Assembly (NCBI RefSeq): GCF_052425735.1 | Contig: NC_135760.1 | Location: 29,512,001 to 29,576,000, forward strand | Origin: Oculina patagonica | Taxonomy: Eukaryota | Direction: 5' to 3' | DNA length: 64,000 nucleotides | Part shown: piece after piece, positions 1 to 13,970 of the stretch | Numbering within the stretch: the first letter of the stretch is position 1 | Layout: each line of letters starts with the position of its first letter | The notes under the pieces: generated by a model | What the model saw: only the letters and a program-made list of their open reading frames with translations | The model's database searches: none | What the model was told of the DNA's origin: nothing | Translations under genes and position numbers: made by a program

Positions 1-285
1 TCGAGTTGAGCGCTCAAGCAAAGCTCGACAAGTAGAATGAGCAGAAGAAAATATCGATCTGGAAGAGGTTAAACCCAGAATCTTTTATTCAGACAATTCA
101 TTTGACTGTTTAGCCAGATTTTTTGACTAAAAACTTTTTAAACATCGAGGAACCTATACGTTGTTTGGGCTTTGACCTTGTTTTGAATGAATGCGTGATG
201 ATATTTGCCGAGTTTGAATAAATTGTTTTTGTACGAGATTTGCGCATGTTATTTTCTCGCAATTTTTTCATGAATATTATTAATA

Positions 286-455
286 AGTAATTACATGATT
301 TTTCTTGTGCAATTTGGGATAAATAAGCACTCGTAAATTTTTCAAAGACTACAAATTGCACTCGCCCTACGGGCTTGTGCAATTTTGTTAGCCTTTGAAA
401 AATTTACTCGTGCTAATTTATCCCAAATTGCACTCGAAATCATGTGATTACCTAT
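286..455. repeat. Imperfect palindromic repeat (MITE-like)
   Basis: gtaattacatgatt...gtgcaatttgggataaataagcac mirrored by gtgctaatttatcccaaattgcac...aatcatgtgattac. Confidence 0.6.
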
Positions 456-861
456 ACAAAGATGAAAGTCAGTTGCCCAAGCCTTGCAAATTTGGCCATA
501 ATCTTTAAACTATATGATTTTTTCACTGTATCACACCTGCATGGTCAGAAATTGTCATGACCAGGCCAAGCTTTTGCTGGTCAAAATGCCAAAACCCAGA
601 ATTTCCTGGATAATAATTTATTTTCCAATGACCAACTGTTATTTTGCAGGCTTGTTACATGAGATATGAACAACAACCTCTACTGTTACAAAAAGAATGT
701 CATTCAGGGAATGAAATGTATAATGGTTTATTGTGGTTTATGATCTCTATAAAATTCTCTTCTTACATGTATTTGACCGTGTGCTTCAGGTTTAAAAAGT
801 GGGCTTGCTACAAATTTCTATGTACGTAATTATTATTTGTTTTGTTTGTTTGTTTTTGCAG

Positions 862-2383
862 AGCTACTGTTCTGTCATTCTTTTAGCAGCTGTATGCTGC
901 AGCTTTCTATGGAAGCTCACAGGTAGCAAAAAAGCCAAGAAAAAGAAACCTGGCCCTGCCAAAACTGTAAGTACTAAAGGCACAAACATTAATTGACCAA
1001 ATGGTTGATTTCAATTTTTGGTCATGCTCTATTTGTTGTTTAAATGTTGTTATGTTTTGTTGTTTTGAAACGACATAAAAGTGCAGCATGGTAAAGTGAT
1101 AAATTATTATTACCTTCATTGTAAAAGATGAAGTTTATTCCAAAATAAACTTTTTTCTTCATTCCAACGAAAAAGTAATACAAAGATATGTTTCTCACCA
1201 AAATTTCGGCTTCTAAAGAACATTCAAACCCTATGAATTCCTTGTCTGAAGTAGTCTGAAAATTGAGAACCAGCCGCCACCATCTTGGCGTAACTTAGTA
1301 GCCTGACGATGTATGTGTGACATCAAAGAGCTTGGAATTAACTTTCATTGGCATGCAGAAAAAAGTGCCATTTTGGAATGAACTTCTTCTTTAAACATGG
1401 AGGTCCCACCCCATCTGATTTATTGTGGGGACTTGTGCAAACAGTCTGGACAATCATTTTGATGATTGACACTTTGATCATCTTGTCAAGGTTATCTTGA
1501 AAGTAGGATTATTGTACTTTTTGTTGCACCCGATTTTTGGTTAACACCTTGTTAGTAATCATGTTAAAAGTAAAGAGCATAAAAAAGTTTGGATAATTGA
1601 GGTCTAAATAGTCAAATTATGTTCCTTACTGTATGCCGCTAGAAACTATGTTTTTGAAAGACAATGTTTCAAAAAATGTTTTGTTTTGATCAGATTGAAG
1701 AGATTGAACCATTCAAGGAGTTTCTATCAACACTTAAGTGTTCAATCACTGCCATGCATTCAGCACTTGAGGAAGTCAACATTGCTCAGTTGTCGGATGA
1801 ACTTTTGGAACTAAATCTTGTTGAACTGGACAATGAGGTAAATGGGTATAAAAAATTTAAAAAAAGTAAATGCTCTTGGGTAGTAATAATCAAAATAGAA
1901 CTTTGTAGCCTAAGTGAAGGCAGTAGTCTTGCGAATATCAAGTTTAAGAACTTGTCATCACAAAATTGAGTGTTATTTTTTGTCCTCTCTGTAAAGAAGC
2001 CCACCTTTTACATTGTACCTCCTTATACTTTCAAGCATCACTGTAAACTGTAGATTTGATTTGCATAATAATCATTATCTACAGGAATTAAAAAGTAAAT
2101 TACAATGAAACCCCACTCTATGGAAACACACTTATAACAGACAGTTTTGTTTGACTTGACAAAAAGCTCATACATGTATAAATTCAGTGTCCAAAGAATG
2201 TCCTTGCAAACCTTAAAAATTTAATTATTGCAAATGAAACTGTTATTGTTTGTTCTTTAGACCAAGTCTTCCATTGTGTCAGAGATTTGGGAGAAACTGC
2301 AGTCCAGCTACAAACAGTCAGTAAAAGAAATCTCAGAACTGTTACATCACAAAGTTGCATTTACCAAGTCTCTTCAAATCTAG
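862..2383 (+). CDS. NAA25: NatB auxiliary subunit NAA25, last three coding exons (862-966, 1694-1837, 2261-2383); 5' exons not resolved
   Basis: AG/GT-bounded phase-0 exons give SYCSVILLAAVCCSFLWKLTGSKKAKKKK...IEEIEPFKEFLSTLK...IWEKLQSSYKQSVKEISELLHHKVAFTKSLQI*. This resembles the NAA25 C-terminus as I recall it (poly-K tract, then KVQSSYLHSLLEMGELLKKRLETTKKLKI). Confidence 0.8.
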
Positions 2384-3989
2384 CTTTGGAGCATAAAACA
2401 AGTGAAAGTGTGAAATCAGAAGAGTGCTTATCAAGCAGCTGAGAAATGCTGGGAAGAAAAGCAAGCTCTCTCCAGCCTGCAATACAACCTGAGAGCTTTG
2501 CAAAGCAAAAGCTGCTAAAAGAGCCTTTGCTTATTATCATCTACAGAACAGTTATCATAGAGAGTCACAGTAGTGTTGTTTGTAGGCGAAAGAACAGCTA
2601 ATATTGTAGTCTGAAAACAGTGAAGAGATGTTGTCATTTTAAGAAGGTGGTAACTGTGTGTTGTATGTTTGGTTTACTTAATAGAAATGTACACTGACAT
2701 GTACAACAACAAATGGATACTACTAATTTATGAAGATATTGTTAAGGGTTCAAGTGTCAAAGCTGTGTGAGGATGTTTAGTGGTATATGGGTGGAAAGTT
2801 GAACAGTTTGTTGGTACAAGAGGTATTAGCAGCTAACATGGTCTATGGTCATTGGAGGTGCGGATTAGGGTGTTATTGAGATTGGGAAGTCAAACCCAGC
2901 CACTGCTCTGCGGCATGTTGTATTTACAGGCAACTCACTTTACTCTCACAGTGTCTGTCTCCACCAACTTACACCATGTTTACCTGGCAAGAGATTTGGA
3001 ATTAACCCATGAAAGACCAAAGAACGCTTCATCTGTGTAGAGCTCTTTGAATTAGTCATGATAGTGCAAAGTTAACTTGCAATATGGCCAAGAAAAAAAT
3101 GATGGGGGAAAGGCAATCGATTGTTCAGCACATCTCTGATTGTTGGAGGGTCGAAGGAACATTGTGTAGTCCAGTGTGTATTAGATTGTAAACTGTGAAT
3201 AGAATGTAGTGTGGAAACCATTCTGACAGTTGTTTGCAATTTAAGCAAACATTTAAGGGATTAAACCTTTATTTCATGTCAAAGATCATGGCCAGTTTAT
3301 TTCGTTCCCAAAATGATTTAAGCTGAGCCACAGGCGAGGGTTCTATCAGCCATTTGAGGGAGCGAAATGATGTGGGCATGATCTTTGTTTCTATAGACAT
3401 AGAAACAGAGGTTTTATTCCTTTTATGAAAATTAATTGCAAAGGTTAAGTGATACATAAGCATGAAAAATCAACGGCAATATTGTATGACATCTTGGAGT
3501 TGTCATGACACCGTTTTCAAGTTCAAAATGAGTTGAAAATAACTGCCAGAAATAGGTCGCTGAAAATAAACATAATAAATAATTATGCAATGTCACACAA
3601 AGATTTTGGCTCAAATTGAGTCCAATTGGACATTAAGAGAGGGGGTGTCAATTCTCTAATTAGAGTGATTTCATTTAACCTGTGAAAGAATATCTACCAG
3701 TTTGTGTGTAATAGTCGAAAGGAAACAAAAGAAAACAATGGAATTTGTGTCTAATAGTAATTAAAAGGGTAATAACTATTTCACGGATTAACTGAAATCA
3801 CTCTAGCAGCATTTCACGTACTAAACAGTTTAACCTATTCTTGTTACTTCTTAAGGACGAAAAACTGTTTGTTAGGGTCTTTCTGTACAATACAGTGCTT
3901 TTCTGTATAGTGCTTGCCATTGCAAGATGTCTGGTTCTTATGCTCATCCACATACTGGTGTTAAGGTCTCGGCTAGTGTATACCCTACA

Positions 3990-4173
3990 TAAATCCCGGG
4001 CCAAACAAGGATGAAAGTCTGTCAAACTCTCATCGACTCTCGTGAAAATTTGAACATGTTCAAAGTTGATGAGAGCGCATGAGAGTCGATGAGAGTGCAT
4101 GAGAGTTTCATGCCAAACGAGAGTGAGAGTGTGAACTCTCATCAACTCTCATCCTCCTTTGGCCCGAACTTAA
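3990..4173. mobile_element. MITE-like element
   Basis: Imperfect inverted ends (cgggccaaac..ggatga / tcatcc..tttggcccg) and internal actctcatc/gatgagagt repeats. Confidence 0.55.
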
Positions 4174-4696
4174 CTTGCATAAATTTCAATGCGACTTGTG
4201 TGATTGAACTTTACAAGATTTAAGAGTCATTTCATTCTTTTTGTTCTAGAATTTTTTGTCATCACTTTAATAAGTATTTTCTTTGTGCTATTTTCATAAA
4301 TTTTCTTTATCGAGAAGTATTGTCTCATTCACATTGATTTCCTTTCTTTTTAATTTGTTAAGAAACACATTCACAGAGTTACCAGTACTTTTCTTTTAAA
4401 TAAAGTATTTGTTGGGGAATGAGTGTAAGACTGAACATTGAAAGAATTATTTTATGGGCCCACCAGCGTGGTATTGTAATAGAAAGAAAATAGAAAAATT
4501 GAATATTAAAGACTTAGTTTGTACATATTTCATAAAATGTCTATGGCTTTACCATTCTTAAACAGCAGAAAGGCCAAAAAAACAAACATGACAACTTAGA
4601 AATAATTTTTACGATGTCGTGTTTGCATTTTTGTTAATATTTTAAATTTCATGGATATGTTGTTTTAGTGACTACTTGTACATCTCTACATGTGTA

Positions 4697-4868
4697 CAGT
4701 CAACTCTCGCTTTGCAGACACCTCGTTATTATGGACACCCCGGTATTACGGACAGGAGTTGAAGTCCCGGCAAATAAGAATTACTGAAAATAAGTCTCGT
4801 TACAGACTTCCTGTATTATGGACACCAAATGGTGGTCCCGAAGTTGTCCGTTACGAAGGGAGTTGACT
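4697..4868. mobile_element. Tc1/mariner-type MITE
   Basis: TA-CAGTCAACTC ... GAGTTGAC ends with internal ttatggacac repeats. Confidence 0.6.
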
Positions 4869-5557
4869 TTACATGCTTTCTACATAGACTGGGCTAAATG
4901 TAACACTAGCTGTGTTGTTATTTTTTAACTCTAAAGAAACAATAAAAAAAGTTTGTAAGCAATCAAGTGGTATGAAATGTGGTATGTAGCAACAAGAGGA
5001 ATAATGTCAAAATATTGTCATTAGATAGATATTTTCATATTTTCTTTTAAAAACCCCAATGTACAGATATTTGTATGGTGGTGTTGCCACACATTCATAA
5101 AAATGTCTAAACATAATTGTAACTTTTGAATGAATTATTTATAGCATGTTTTTATCCTTTGTCTTCAAATTCGGAAAGTAACTAAAATAAACTTTTCTGT
5201 TCATTTATGATCCTCTCTGATTATACAGCATTTTTTTAACAATAGCTCCAGAAAGATTGTACCATTTAGAACCATGCAAAAAAGGCAGCACGACTTATTA
5301 AGTTTAAACTTTTAATTCATTGCTGAGAAATAGGGTAGTATAATCATTTTCAGTGACCCCCCCTTACAGACCATATTTTTTGGCTGCCCCCCCCTTTGAA
5401 GCCATACTTTTTTCATGACTACCCCGTCAAATCCCACCAACCCCCCCCCCACACCTCATAAATAAACGGTCCCTAAAGTCGGAGAACTGAGTGACCCTTT
5501 AGCTTTATGCAAATCATATGGTTGTTCACCAGACTTCATGGAGTTTTGTACAATGTA

Positions 5558-5722
5558 ATAGACCCTTTGCATAAATGGCGTCTTCATTTGAATAACAATA
5601 CATATACATCCTTAGCCTCACGTTCACGTAAAAAATCCTTTGTCTAAAAACACCCACACGGGGCTAAGAATGTACATAGTATTGTTATTCAAATTTGGGC
5701 GCCATTTATGCAAAGGGTCTAT
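5558..5722. mobile_element. MITE
   Basis: TIR atagaccctttgcataaatggcg / cgccatttatgcaaagggtctat. Confidence 0.7.
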
Positions 5723-6114
5723 TCTATTTTTAACTTACACCCCAAGCAGGGGCGGATCCAGGATTTTGATTAGGAGGTGTGCACCATTAAGGGATGGCAT
5801 AACTGACTTTTTTTGCAGAATACCACTTGTATTATAAAGCCGCAGGTCATCTCGGGGGGGGGGGAGGGTTGCAACCCCTGCACCTCCCCCTAGATCTGCC
5901 CCAGCCAAGTTATGTTATTTACCCTCACTGTGATAACTTTGAAAATAGCACACAACTTGGTCTTTACATATTGATTATTAGAGACTATGCTTTTACTTGT
6001 TTACTTAATTTTGTACCCAGATGTCTTCTTTCCATGGTAGTATTGAAGATCTAGGTATGAAGTTATTCTTCACTGTGACAAACAGAATAGTCTTATGTTT
6101 GTTTTAATCAAGAC

Positions 6115-6332
6115 CAACCCTCCAAGTTTATTTTTTTCCTTTGTGGCCATTTGGCCACCGACTGCTCAGGTTTGGTCGCCAGTGAAAAATTTTAGTCGCT
6201 AAATTAAGCTTACACTTTCAATCCTTCTTCTCAATTTTAGTCGCCAGGCTGGCGACTTTGGTTCCAATTTAGTCGCCAGCTCCAAAATTTTAGTCGCCAT
6301 GGTGACTAAAATGGTCTTAACTTGGAGGGTTG
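6115..6332. mobile_element. MITE, same family as 57089-57304
   Basis: TIR caaccctccaagtt / aacttggagggttg, internal ttagtcgcc repeats, flanked by aagac on both sides. Confidence 0.75.
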
Positions 6333-7566
6333 AAGACAGTGATCACTTTTAATGGGCTTGATTCAACACGACCACCATGCAGAGAAAAATATACTAAGCA
6401 TCTGTTATTAGAATACCCCATACAGTTCTTGTACAGGAATGCTCAGATTTGCTTGCATTTTTCATTTCATATCAATTTCAGTGAAGAACAATTTGTAGGA
6501 TTTTGACACGAATTTGTGAAATAAAAAAAAGTTTAGTGTCAGCCTCCCTAATAACTGATCAAGTTAAAACAAAGCAACTCATAACTGGAATGGTGGTTTA
6601 GTTATCTGATCTGTATTTCATTACATTTCTAAACCTCAAATTTTGTCAAAAAATCTCTGCTGTGCATCATATTTTCAACTGCCTGCTCAGTATTTGGAAA
6701 TGAAAATACAAAAAGTTTTTTCATATATTAGAGACATTTGTATGGTTATGTGGCGGCAAATTATGTTTGGGCGGCACCAGAAAAACTCGGTTAAAATCTT
6801 AATGTCAACTCCACTCTTCCAGATTGGAATAAAGTATCTACTGCATTGGTACATTAGTTTCTTCGAATTGAGCACCATTCTAGGGGCTATGTTGTTGTCA
6901 AGTACGGCGGCTCTTATTTGAAGGAGGTGCTTATTTGTGTTACCAGTACTTGGGGAAGGTGCTTTTTGAGTAAATATGGTTGTGTCGATGATAAAATTGT
7001 TTTATTTGGATAAAAGAAAATGCCCATTCATGACATTAAAGACAGCTTGGGAGTTTAAAGCAGTCTGTGGTATTTGTGCAAGTACTTTTCAGTTTTCCAA
7101 ACTTTAGCCCTGGTTAATTTAATGGACTCAATGTTTAATCCCACATCTTCCAACACTGTTGGGTAAATTGTTGCCACAAAGTGTAGCCCAAAAATGCAAC
7201 ATGGGGACTGTTCCACGCAGTATTTCAAATGTTGGACCCACATTTAACCAAAATCAAACTTTTGTCCAACAGTCCCAACAGGGTGGTCAACCAGTTCCAA
7301 ACTTTGGGTTGGACAAAATGTGTTCAACATATCGGTTCATTAACGAAATGTTGGATCACTTGACCAGGGCTTTGTGAGTGTCTTATACCGGGTCACACAT
7401 GCAAGTAGACAAAATGGTAGTTTTCTATCTTCTTTTATTTAATTAAGCCAAACATCCACACAGCACCCCCATATTTTTTTATAAAATATTGTCCTGAATA
7501 ATTAAACAGAGCTCTGCTATAAAGTGTATCAAAAGCAGAGGATCTTGAACAGATGCATAAGCCTCC

Positions 7567-7939
7567 CCCAGGGGGGATACTCCGGCTTGTAAATGACGGG
7601 GATGATCGAAGGATTTTTTTGGGTTTGAAATTTTCTATTCCTGGATTTTTTGGGTTGGAAAATTTGGCAAGTATTTTTTTGGGTGACTTGATTCAAATAA
7701 GGGATTTATTTGGATACTAAAAACGAACTAAAGTGCCTTGGCGTATTTATGGTATGATGAATAATCAAACTTGAGCGTTATTGCTCCTCCTGGTAATTTG
7801 ACAAGGGATTTTTTGGGGGGTTATTTTTGGTCCAGGAATTTTTTTGGGTAATGTCGGAAGACTTAAGGATTTTTTTGGGTCCTGAGTTTTGCCTTCATTC
7901 GATCATCCCCGTCATTTACAAGCCAGAGTACCCCCCTGA
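7567..7939. mobile_element. MITE
   Basis: TIR cagggggg.tactc.ggcttgtaaatgacggggatgatcgaa / ttcgatcatccccgtcatttacaagcc.gagtacccccctg. Confidence 0.75.
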
Positions 7940-8049
7940 GAAGCCTCCTTAGTACAAAAATCTTTCATAAGAGATCTGCTGATTCAAAGTTATCTTCTTT
8001 CTTCTCAGTAATTATTAGTGTTTTAGGATTTGCTCCATTTTGTCACAAG

Positions 8050-10839
8050 TTAATTCCCTGCTTGCCCTTGACCTTGAAGCTGGCTCATTAGCTTCTCATC
8101 CTGCATTGACATAGAAGTCAGTTTCTTGCCGATCCTGTCATGTATCTCCAGATATTTTGCAACACACCGATCCAAGCAAACTGATTCTCCTTTTGTTAGA
8201 TCACCTTCTTTGTACTTAGGTGATATACACTTCTTTTGACATGCCACTGTTAATCTGAAAATCAATAAAGAACAATAACAAGTAATGAATAATCTCAGTT
8301 GTTATAAAAAAATTATTATAAATTATTAATCAATAACTTTTTAGCTGAAAGGCTACAAAAGGTTCAAGAACTGAAGTCTGTTTTATTTAAAAATAATTTC
8401 ATATTGTGCCTCGATGCCATTGTTAACAAATTGATTGCAAGAAAATCTAACTTGTAACACCTGTGAAGCCATTATTATGGATGATATTTAATTATTCAAA
8501 ACATACGTCATTGTAATCAATATTTTTGTGACATTATATTTGACATCACCCAAAATTTGGGGAATAGCCAGTGAACGAGTAGAATCCCATCCAACAAAAA
8601 TAACAATAGTCCTAGTCTCCCTCAATTCAAAGTCTGCCCATCTTCACCGGCTCGTATTTCTCAGGTATTTGACAACTTATCAGGTCTCAGACTTAAAGTA
8701 TGAGGCCTTCCAAGGGGTTTTGGTGACAGGTGACACTACTCCAAAATAGCTAAAAATTTTAGGGACAAACTTGTCCAAGAGGGATTTTACCCTTAGCTTG
8801 ACCTCTTGACACTAAATAATGTTTCAGTCATTTCCAAGCGAGATCATCCCCCCCCCCCAGGCATTTGACCGCTACTGAGGCCCAGATAGTGGGGAATTTG
8901 ATTGAACAGAAGCCCGGATGGTCAGGCATTTGAACGCAATTCATCATGTAAACCGACTCACAATGGCATTTCAGCCCTGACCGGTGGGGGGCATTTGACC
9001 ATGCAACTGGCCCACATAGTGTACAAAACAATATATATTTAATATTGACTTAATTTTTTGCTTTCAAATGGCGCTGCTGATTCTATTAGATGTAATGAAT
9101 AAGTCTTACAGTGAAACGAACTCAACCGGGGCCACCCAACGTTTTTTAGCCAATCACAAGACGTGTTCAAAACAAAAGAATTGGAGTTCCTTGGTCAGGG
9201 GACCAATCACAGTGAAGGGCAATTTTAACTCTTCGCTTGACTGAATACGATGCGAAGGCACGCTAAAGTGTTGTTTTTACGGCAAAAATATAATTTTGTT
9301 CATTTCGTTTAAGGTTAAGGCGAAAGTCTGCCAGTAATTTGGAACACTGGACGGAATCAGCGTAAATAAGTTTACCGAATTACGGCCGCGAATATTTTTG
9401 AAGACTGAAAGGATTCAGCGTATCACCGAATTACGGCGAGCAATTTTGAAGACTTCGAAACACTGAACGAAGTGATGAACGTAGCGAAATAAATTTACCG
9501 GCCGATTCACGGCCAGCTCAATATTTTCCGAAAGACGGCTTGGAATGTCGAAGACGAAAGCTTGGATAATTTATCGAATATTACGGCCGGGAGTTTTTAA
9601 GACTGAACGGACGCAACGTAAATATAAAATTTACCGAAGCATGATCGGCTATAAAACTAACAATATGCCACACATTTTCCAAAACACGGCCGGGAATGTC
9701 GAAGACGAAAGCTTATGTCAGTTTTCCTCGAATTTGCGGCCGACATTTTTGAACACGAAACGGGCTCAACGTAAAAATAAATTTACCAAATTACAGCCGC
9801 TAACAAGTATGCGTGAACCTGTCACGTTTCTGCACGTTTTGTTGAGTTTTATCCGGCGATGAATATATTTATGGTTTGAAATGTTCGCCGTTGTAATTTG
9901 TTCATTAGGTACAATGTTCTTTTTATCACTGTATCACTGTATAGATATCACTGATGTAATACACTGAGTTTATCTCTTAGTGGACCGGTGTTGATTCGCT
10001 TCGGCAAATATATATACTGGTTTGAGGAAAAGCCGTTTCGTCTTCACAGTTTCAGCCGGTGTCAATTCGGTAAATAAATTTGTGTCGAGTCCGTTTTGTC
10101 TTCATTCCAGGCGCAGGCCGTGCTATTTTCGTTGAGTCCGTTCAGTCTTCAAAATTCCCGACCGTCATTCGGTAAACTTATTTACGTTGATTCCGTCCAG
10201 TGTTCTAACTTACCGGCAGACTTTCGCCTTAACCGTAAACGAAATGAACAAAATTATATTTTTGCCGTAAAAACAACACTTTAGCGTGCCTTCGCATCGT
10301 ATTCAGTCAAGCGAAGAGTTAAAATTGCCCTTCACTGTGATTGGTCCCCTGACCAAGGAACTCCAATTCTTTTGTTTTGAACACGTCCTGTGATTGGCTA
10401 AAAAACGTTGGGTGGCCCCGGTTGAGTTCGTTTCACTGTAAGTTGCGTTTAGTATTTGTTGTTTTTAAGAGCCTATATTTCATCAAGGTTTTGTACAATG
10501 GTATTTTTGGAAAAGTGTCTGTTCAAGATAAAAAACATGGTCAAACACAAATATTCGCCCGAATGATTATTAACTCTAGCTTATAATAAGCTTATCAAAA
10601 ATCGATTACCTAGCTGCAAAAATTATGAATATAGTGTTTTTAAGTAAGACATTTCCTTTACATTTTTCACCAAGATGACTGTAATAAACCTCCCATAGGT
10701 CTCCGATCACCCGTAAACCGGCGTTCTGAACCGACCTGCGAGGCAGAGCATGCATTACATTCCGTACTCACCGGTTATACAAGTCTGTCATCATTTCAAT
10801 TTCAAGTTCGGCGACCATCTGCGCCTTTGCTGGATCCAT
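8050..10839 (-). CDS. TIMM10: Mitochondrial small Tim chaperone Tim10 (exons 10839-10772, 8254-8050; 90 aa)
   Basis: Spliced product [68 protein letters not shown]...; twin CX3C motif; phase-2 GT-AG intron. Confidence 0.95.
9109..10438. mobile_element. Non-autonomous foldback-like DNA transposon with ~300-bp TIRs, in the TIMM10 intron
   Basis: TA|CAGTGAAACGAACTCAACC...GGTTGAGTTCGTTTCACTG|TA; near-perfect arms ~9109-9410 / ~10140-10438; internal aatttaccgaattacggcc-like subrepeats. Confidence 0.9.
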
Positions 10840-11204
10840 GATTGAGCTGACGTTTACTTTAAACGTTTTCCACTAACAAAAATCTAACTTAAATGCTGTT
10901 TTACTCTTACACGTGATTAGCAAAGCGATTCATCCGCCATTTTGAAACTGGTTCCCATGGGTAAAACCGCAGACTACTAGACTGTCGCTTCCGAAATACG
11001 TATTCTCGTCCCAGGCTACCTGTTGGTTGCTGTGCCAAGTGCAAGGGGGCCGGGACATGATGAGGGGTCTTAACCCGGTATTCAATTACTAATAAATGCA
11101 TCAAACAGAACTTACCTGAAATTTGTTGGTTGCTCTGCCGAGTACAGGGGTTATCACCGGGAAGGTATCAGCATTTTGAGGTTCTTCCAAATATCAGCAC
11201 CGGG

Positions 11205-11762
11205 TAGGCCTTTCTCGATTATGCTAGCATTTTTTTCGGCATTTTTTTGGAAAACGAGCATTTTTTTTCGTTTTTTCTTGAAAAAGAATTGCTAGCATTT
11301 TCTGTCATTTTTCATGACTGTGATCCAGACTTCAGCACTCAGAAGGATAAATAATCCTAAAGTTTCACAATTTTGATTACTTAATTTGATTGTTTTCTGT
11401 CTGGTTTGACTGTTTGTGCGTTGTGTTACTTATTTACTTGTGTTGTGTTACTTGTGTATGTTTTTTTAATTTTTTTTTAAATATATTTTTTAAATTTTTT
11501 TTAATAATTTTTTTAAAATAATTTTTTTTATTTTTATTATTTTTTTTTATAAACAAACAATTATTAAGTATCACCTGTTGTTGATATGAGCATATAATGT
11601 AAGAGTTTGTACGTTTTGTTTGAAATAAAACAAAGCATTCTTTGGAATTCAAGTGGCATTTTTTAAAGAAGTCAGGCATTATTTTAGCATTTTTTTGGCT
11701 TTATGCGAGAATTTCTAGTAGCATTAAATGCCAGTTTTACTAGCATAATCGAGAAAGGCCTA
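11205..11762. mobile_element. MITE
   Basis: TIR taggcctttctcgattatgctag / ctagcataatcgagaaaggccta, internal tagcatttt repeats. Confidence 0.75.
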
Positions 11763-13607
11763 GCACCGGGAGCAAGTGTCCTTTATATCTAGGACAATAA
11801 AATTTTGAATCATATAACGCCTCTTCTGCGTGAACCAATGCAGTTTTAATAGTAGTGTTAACTTTACTCTATAAAGTGGGGACTATAAAAGAAAATTGTA
11901 TGGTCACGGTCAACACCTGAGAAAGTATGCAAGAATTCCAAAGTACTTAATGTCCTCAAAATGTTTTCATTTCCATTCAAATTCTCTATATGGAAAAGCG
12001 GAATTGAACAAAGTTTCCGTGAACTGCAATGATCCCAAGTGCTTATAAACACGATAAATATGCGAGCAAAAGCCTTTTAACTCTTCCCAGTCAGAATCGT
12101 CCACAAAATTTGGCAGAGTTCAATAGAAGGTCCTCCATCTTCGATTTTGGGGTCATTTGGCGACGTCACGAAATTTCGCGCCAAATCGGTCAGCGGCCAT
12201 TTGGCGCATTCTCGAGACATGCTGTCAGATTACACAAATTATTCTCAAACTCATTAATAATTGCCAACGAGACAGCCGAGCCAAGAGGCGAGGCTGTCGA
12301 GGCGGCAGAATCATAGAGCCGTGTGCGTATGAGTGTATAGGCAGAGAAAATCTTAAGTTCTGCGTAAGGGACTTTTTTTTTACCATATTTGGGTGTAAGT
12401 AAACCCCATATTTGGGTTGTATTGTTCTTCCCAACTGGTTTCCAGTCTCTCACTCCTTGCTAGAGAGCAAATGACCGTCCACGCGGCTCGCTGTTAAAAT
12501 TTTCAATGTGGTCATTCATCCCTTTACCGATAAATACACCTTTAGGGAATTATAAATCGAAAGAGAATACCCTACAGAATATTCGACCGCCGAAAAAATG
12601 AACATCAAGGTCTTCAAAGCGATGAAATAATCTTTCGACTTTGGAGTGCTTTGATTTACGATCGAAGAGAGACATGAAAATCAAATGCTGAAGTCGGGTA
12701 AATGCTTCCTTTTAGTGTTGATTGTGTTTATAGTAATTGTTTGACCGATGATTTATTCTAAATCAAATACCGTTTATATTTTATTTGGCACGCATTTTCG
12801 CTCCGCGTAGGAATAACATCAATACAAAGCGACGCTCACTAAAATTACTGCATGTCATACACACAAGAAAGTCAAAAGTTTTTTGCTTCTCACGGCAAAT
12901 GTAATGTTAACTTGAATAAAAATTTTGTCTCCAAATAATCCTTGACCGTTCAAGTTTTGTTTTCTGTTCAAATTTTTCAAGGTTTGCGTAACTGAACATG
13001 ACACTTCGCATGCGAGACTGAAATCTGACCCGTGCATTACTGTCTCTGATTACTGAAAATTATTTTTAAAAAAGCATCTTAGCAGTTTTGATTTTGGGAT
13101 TTGATTTATAAGAAGTTCTCGAAATGCAACTATCCCTTTTGTGGACGGAAACATTTTAACCATCGCGTGTTGTATTTAAAAAACAAAAAACCTCATTTAT
13201 TAATTAATTATTGCCTACATTTTGTGACATTTTAACGTTAAACAGAATTTAAAGATTTGTCAAGAGTTATCAATCTGTCAAACCCGTAGCATGCGTAGCA
13301 GACATATGTCTACGTTTTTTAGTGTGTTTAAAAGAGTGCGCGATCGCGAGAATACGCGCGCTGGAACTGACTACGGCGCCTGCTACGCAGGCTATCAAGC
13401 CTGTGTCACTTATGAACACCAAAGAAATAGCACTTTTTTCGCATATTACCTAAATACAATTTACCATATTTTGGTCATTTCAAATATAGTTCTATCAAAA
13501 ACCATTCAATATCTGTTCTTATGAACAAACATGAGTATTTCGCTCGTTGGCACTTACCGATAGGTACAACTAGTTTATCGAGTTAAAACAAAGAAAATCC
13601 GGTCTTA

Positions 13608-13833
13608 CAGTGCGACGCGCCTTACCGTGGCCACCTAGCAAACTTTTTTACAAGTGTGTTTTCGTAATATTATTATTTGTTTGACGAACACGCCTCCTTG
13701 CAAAGTTAAATACGATCAAATAGAAACTTGTTACATCATACTTATCGACAAGACGCAGTGAAAACGCAAAATATTGCAAGATGACACTTGTAAAAAAGTT
13801 TGTTGGGTGGCCACGGTAAGGCGCGTCGCACTG
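13608..13833. mobile_element. Tc1/mariner-type MITE inserted in another repeat
   Basis: TA|CAGTGCGACGCGCCTTACCGTGGCCACC...GGTGGCCACGGTAAGGCGCGTCGCACTG|TA, ~50-bp TIR. Confidence 0.8.
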
Positions 13834-13970
13834 TAATTATCATAGATTTGTACGATTTTATTTCTCTTAAGTTCTTGTTTTGATTGAGAAGACATATCAA
13901 ACACTAGAAAAGTGTTTCGTCGGCTATCCAAACACCTCAAATAAAATGCTCCGCTGCGCGTCGTATTCTC

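Noticed and set aside
644-829. Additional NAA25 exon
   Set aside because: An acceptor-like site exists at 649, but I could not obtain a convincing in-frame NAA25-like translation and donor
9360-9810. CRISPR-like repeat/spacer pattern
   Set aside because: Degenerate subrepeats inside a eukaryotic foldback element; no constant repeat, unique spacers or cas genes
11460-11550. Nearly pure A/T tract; also the poly-C/poly-A run at 16645-16683
   Set aside because: Low-complexity and probably low-quality sequence; no supportable function
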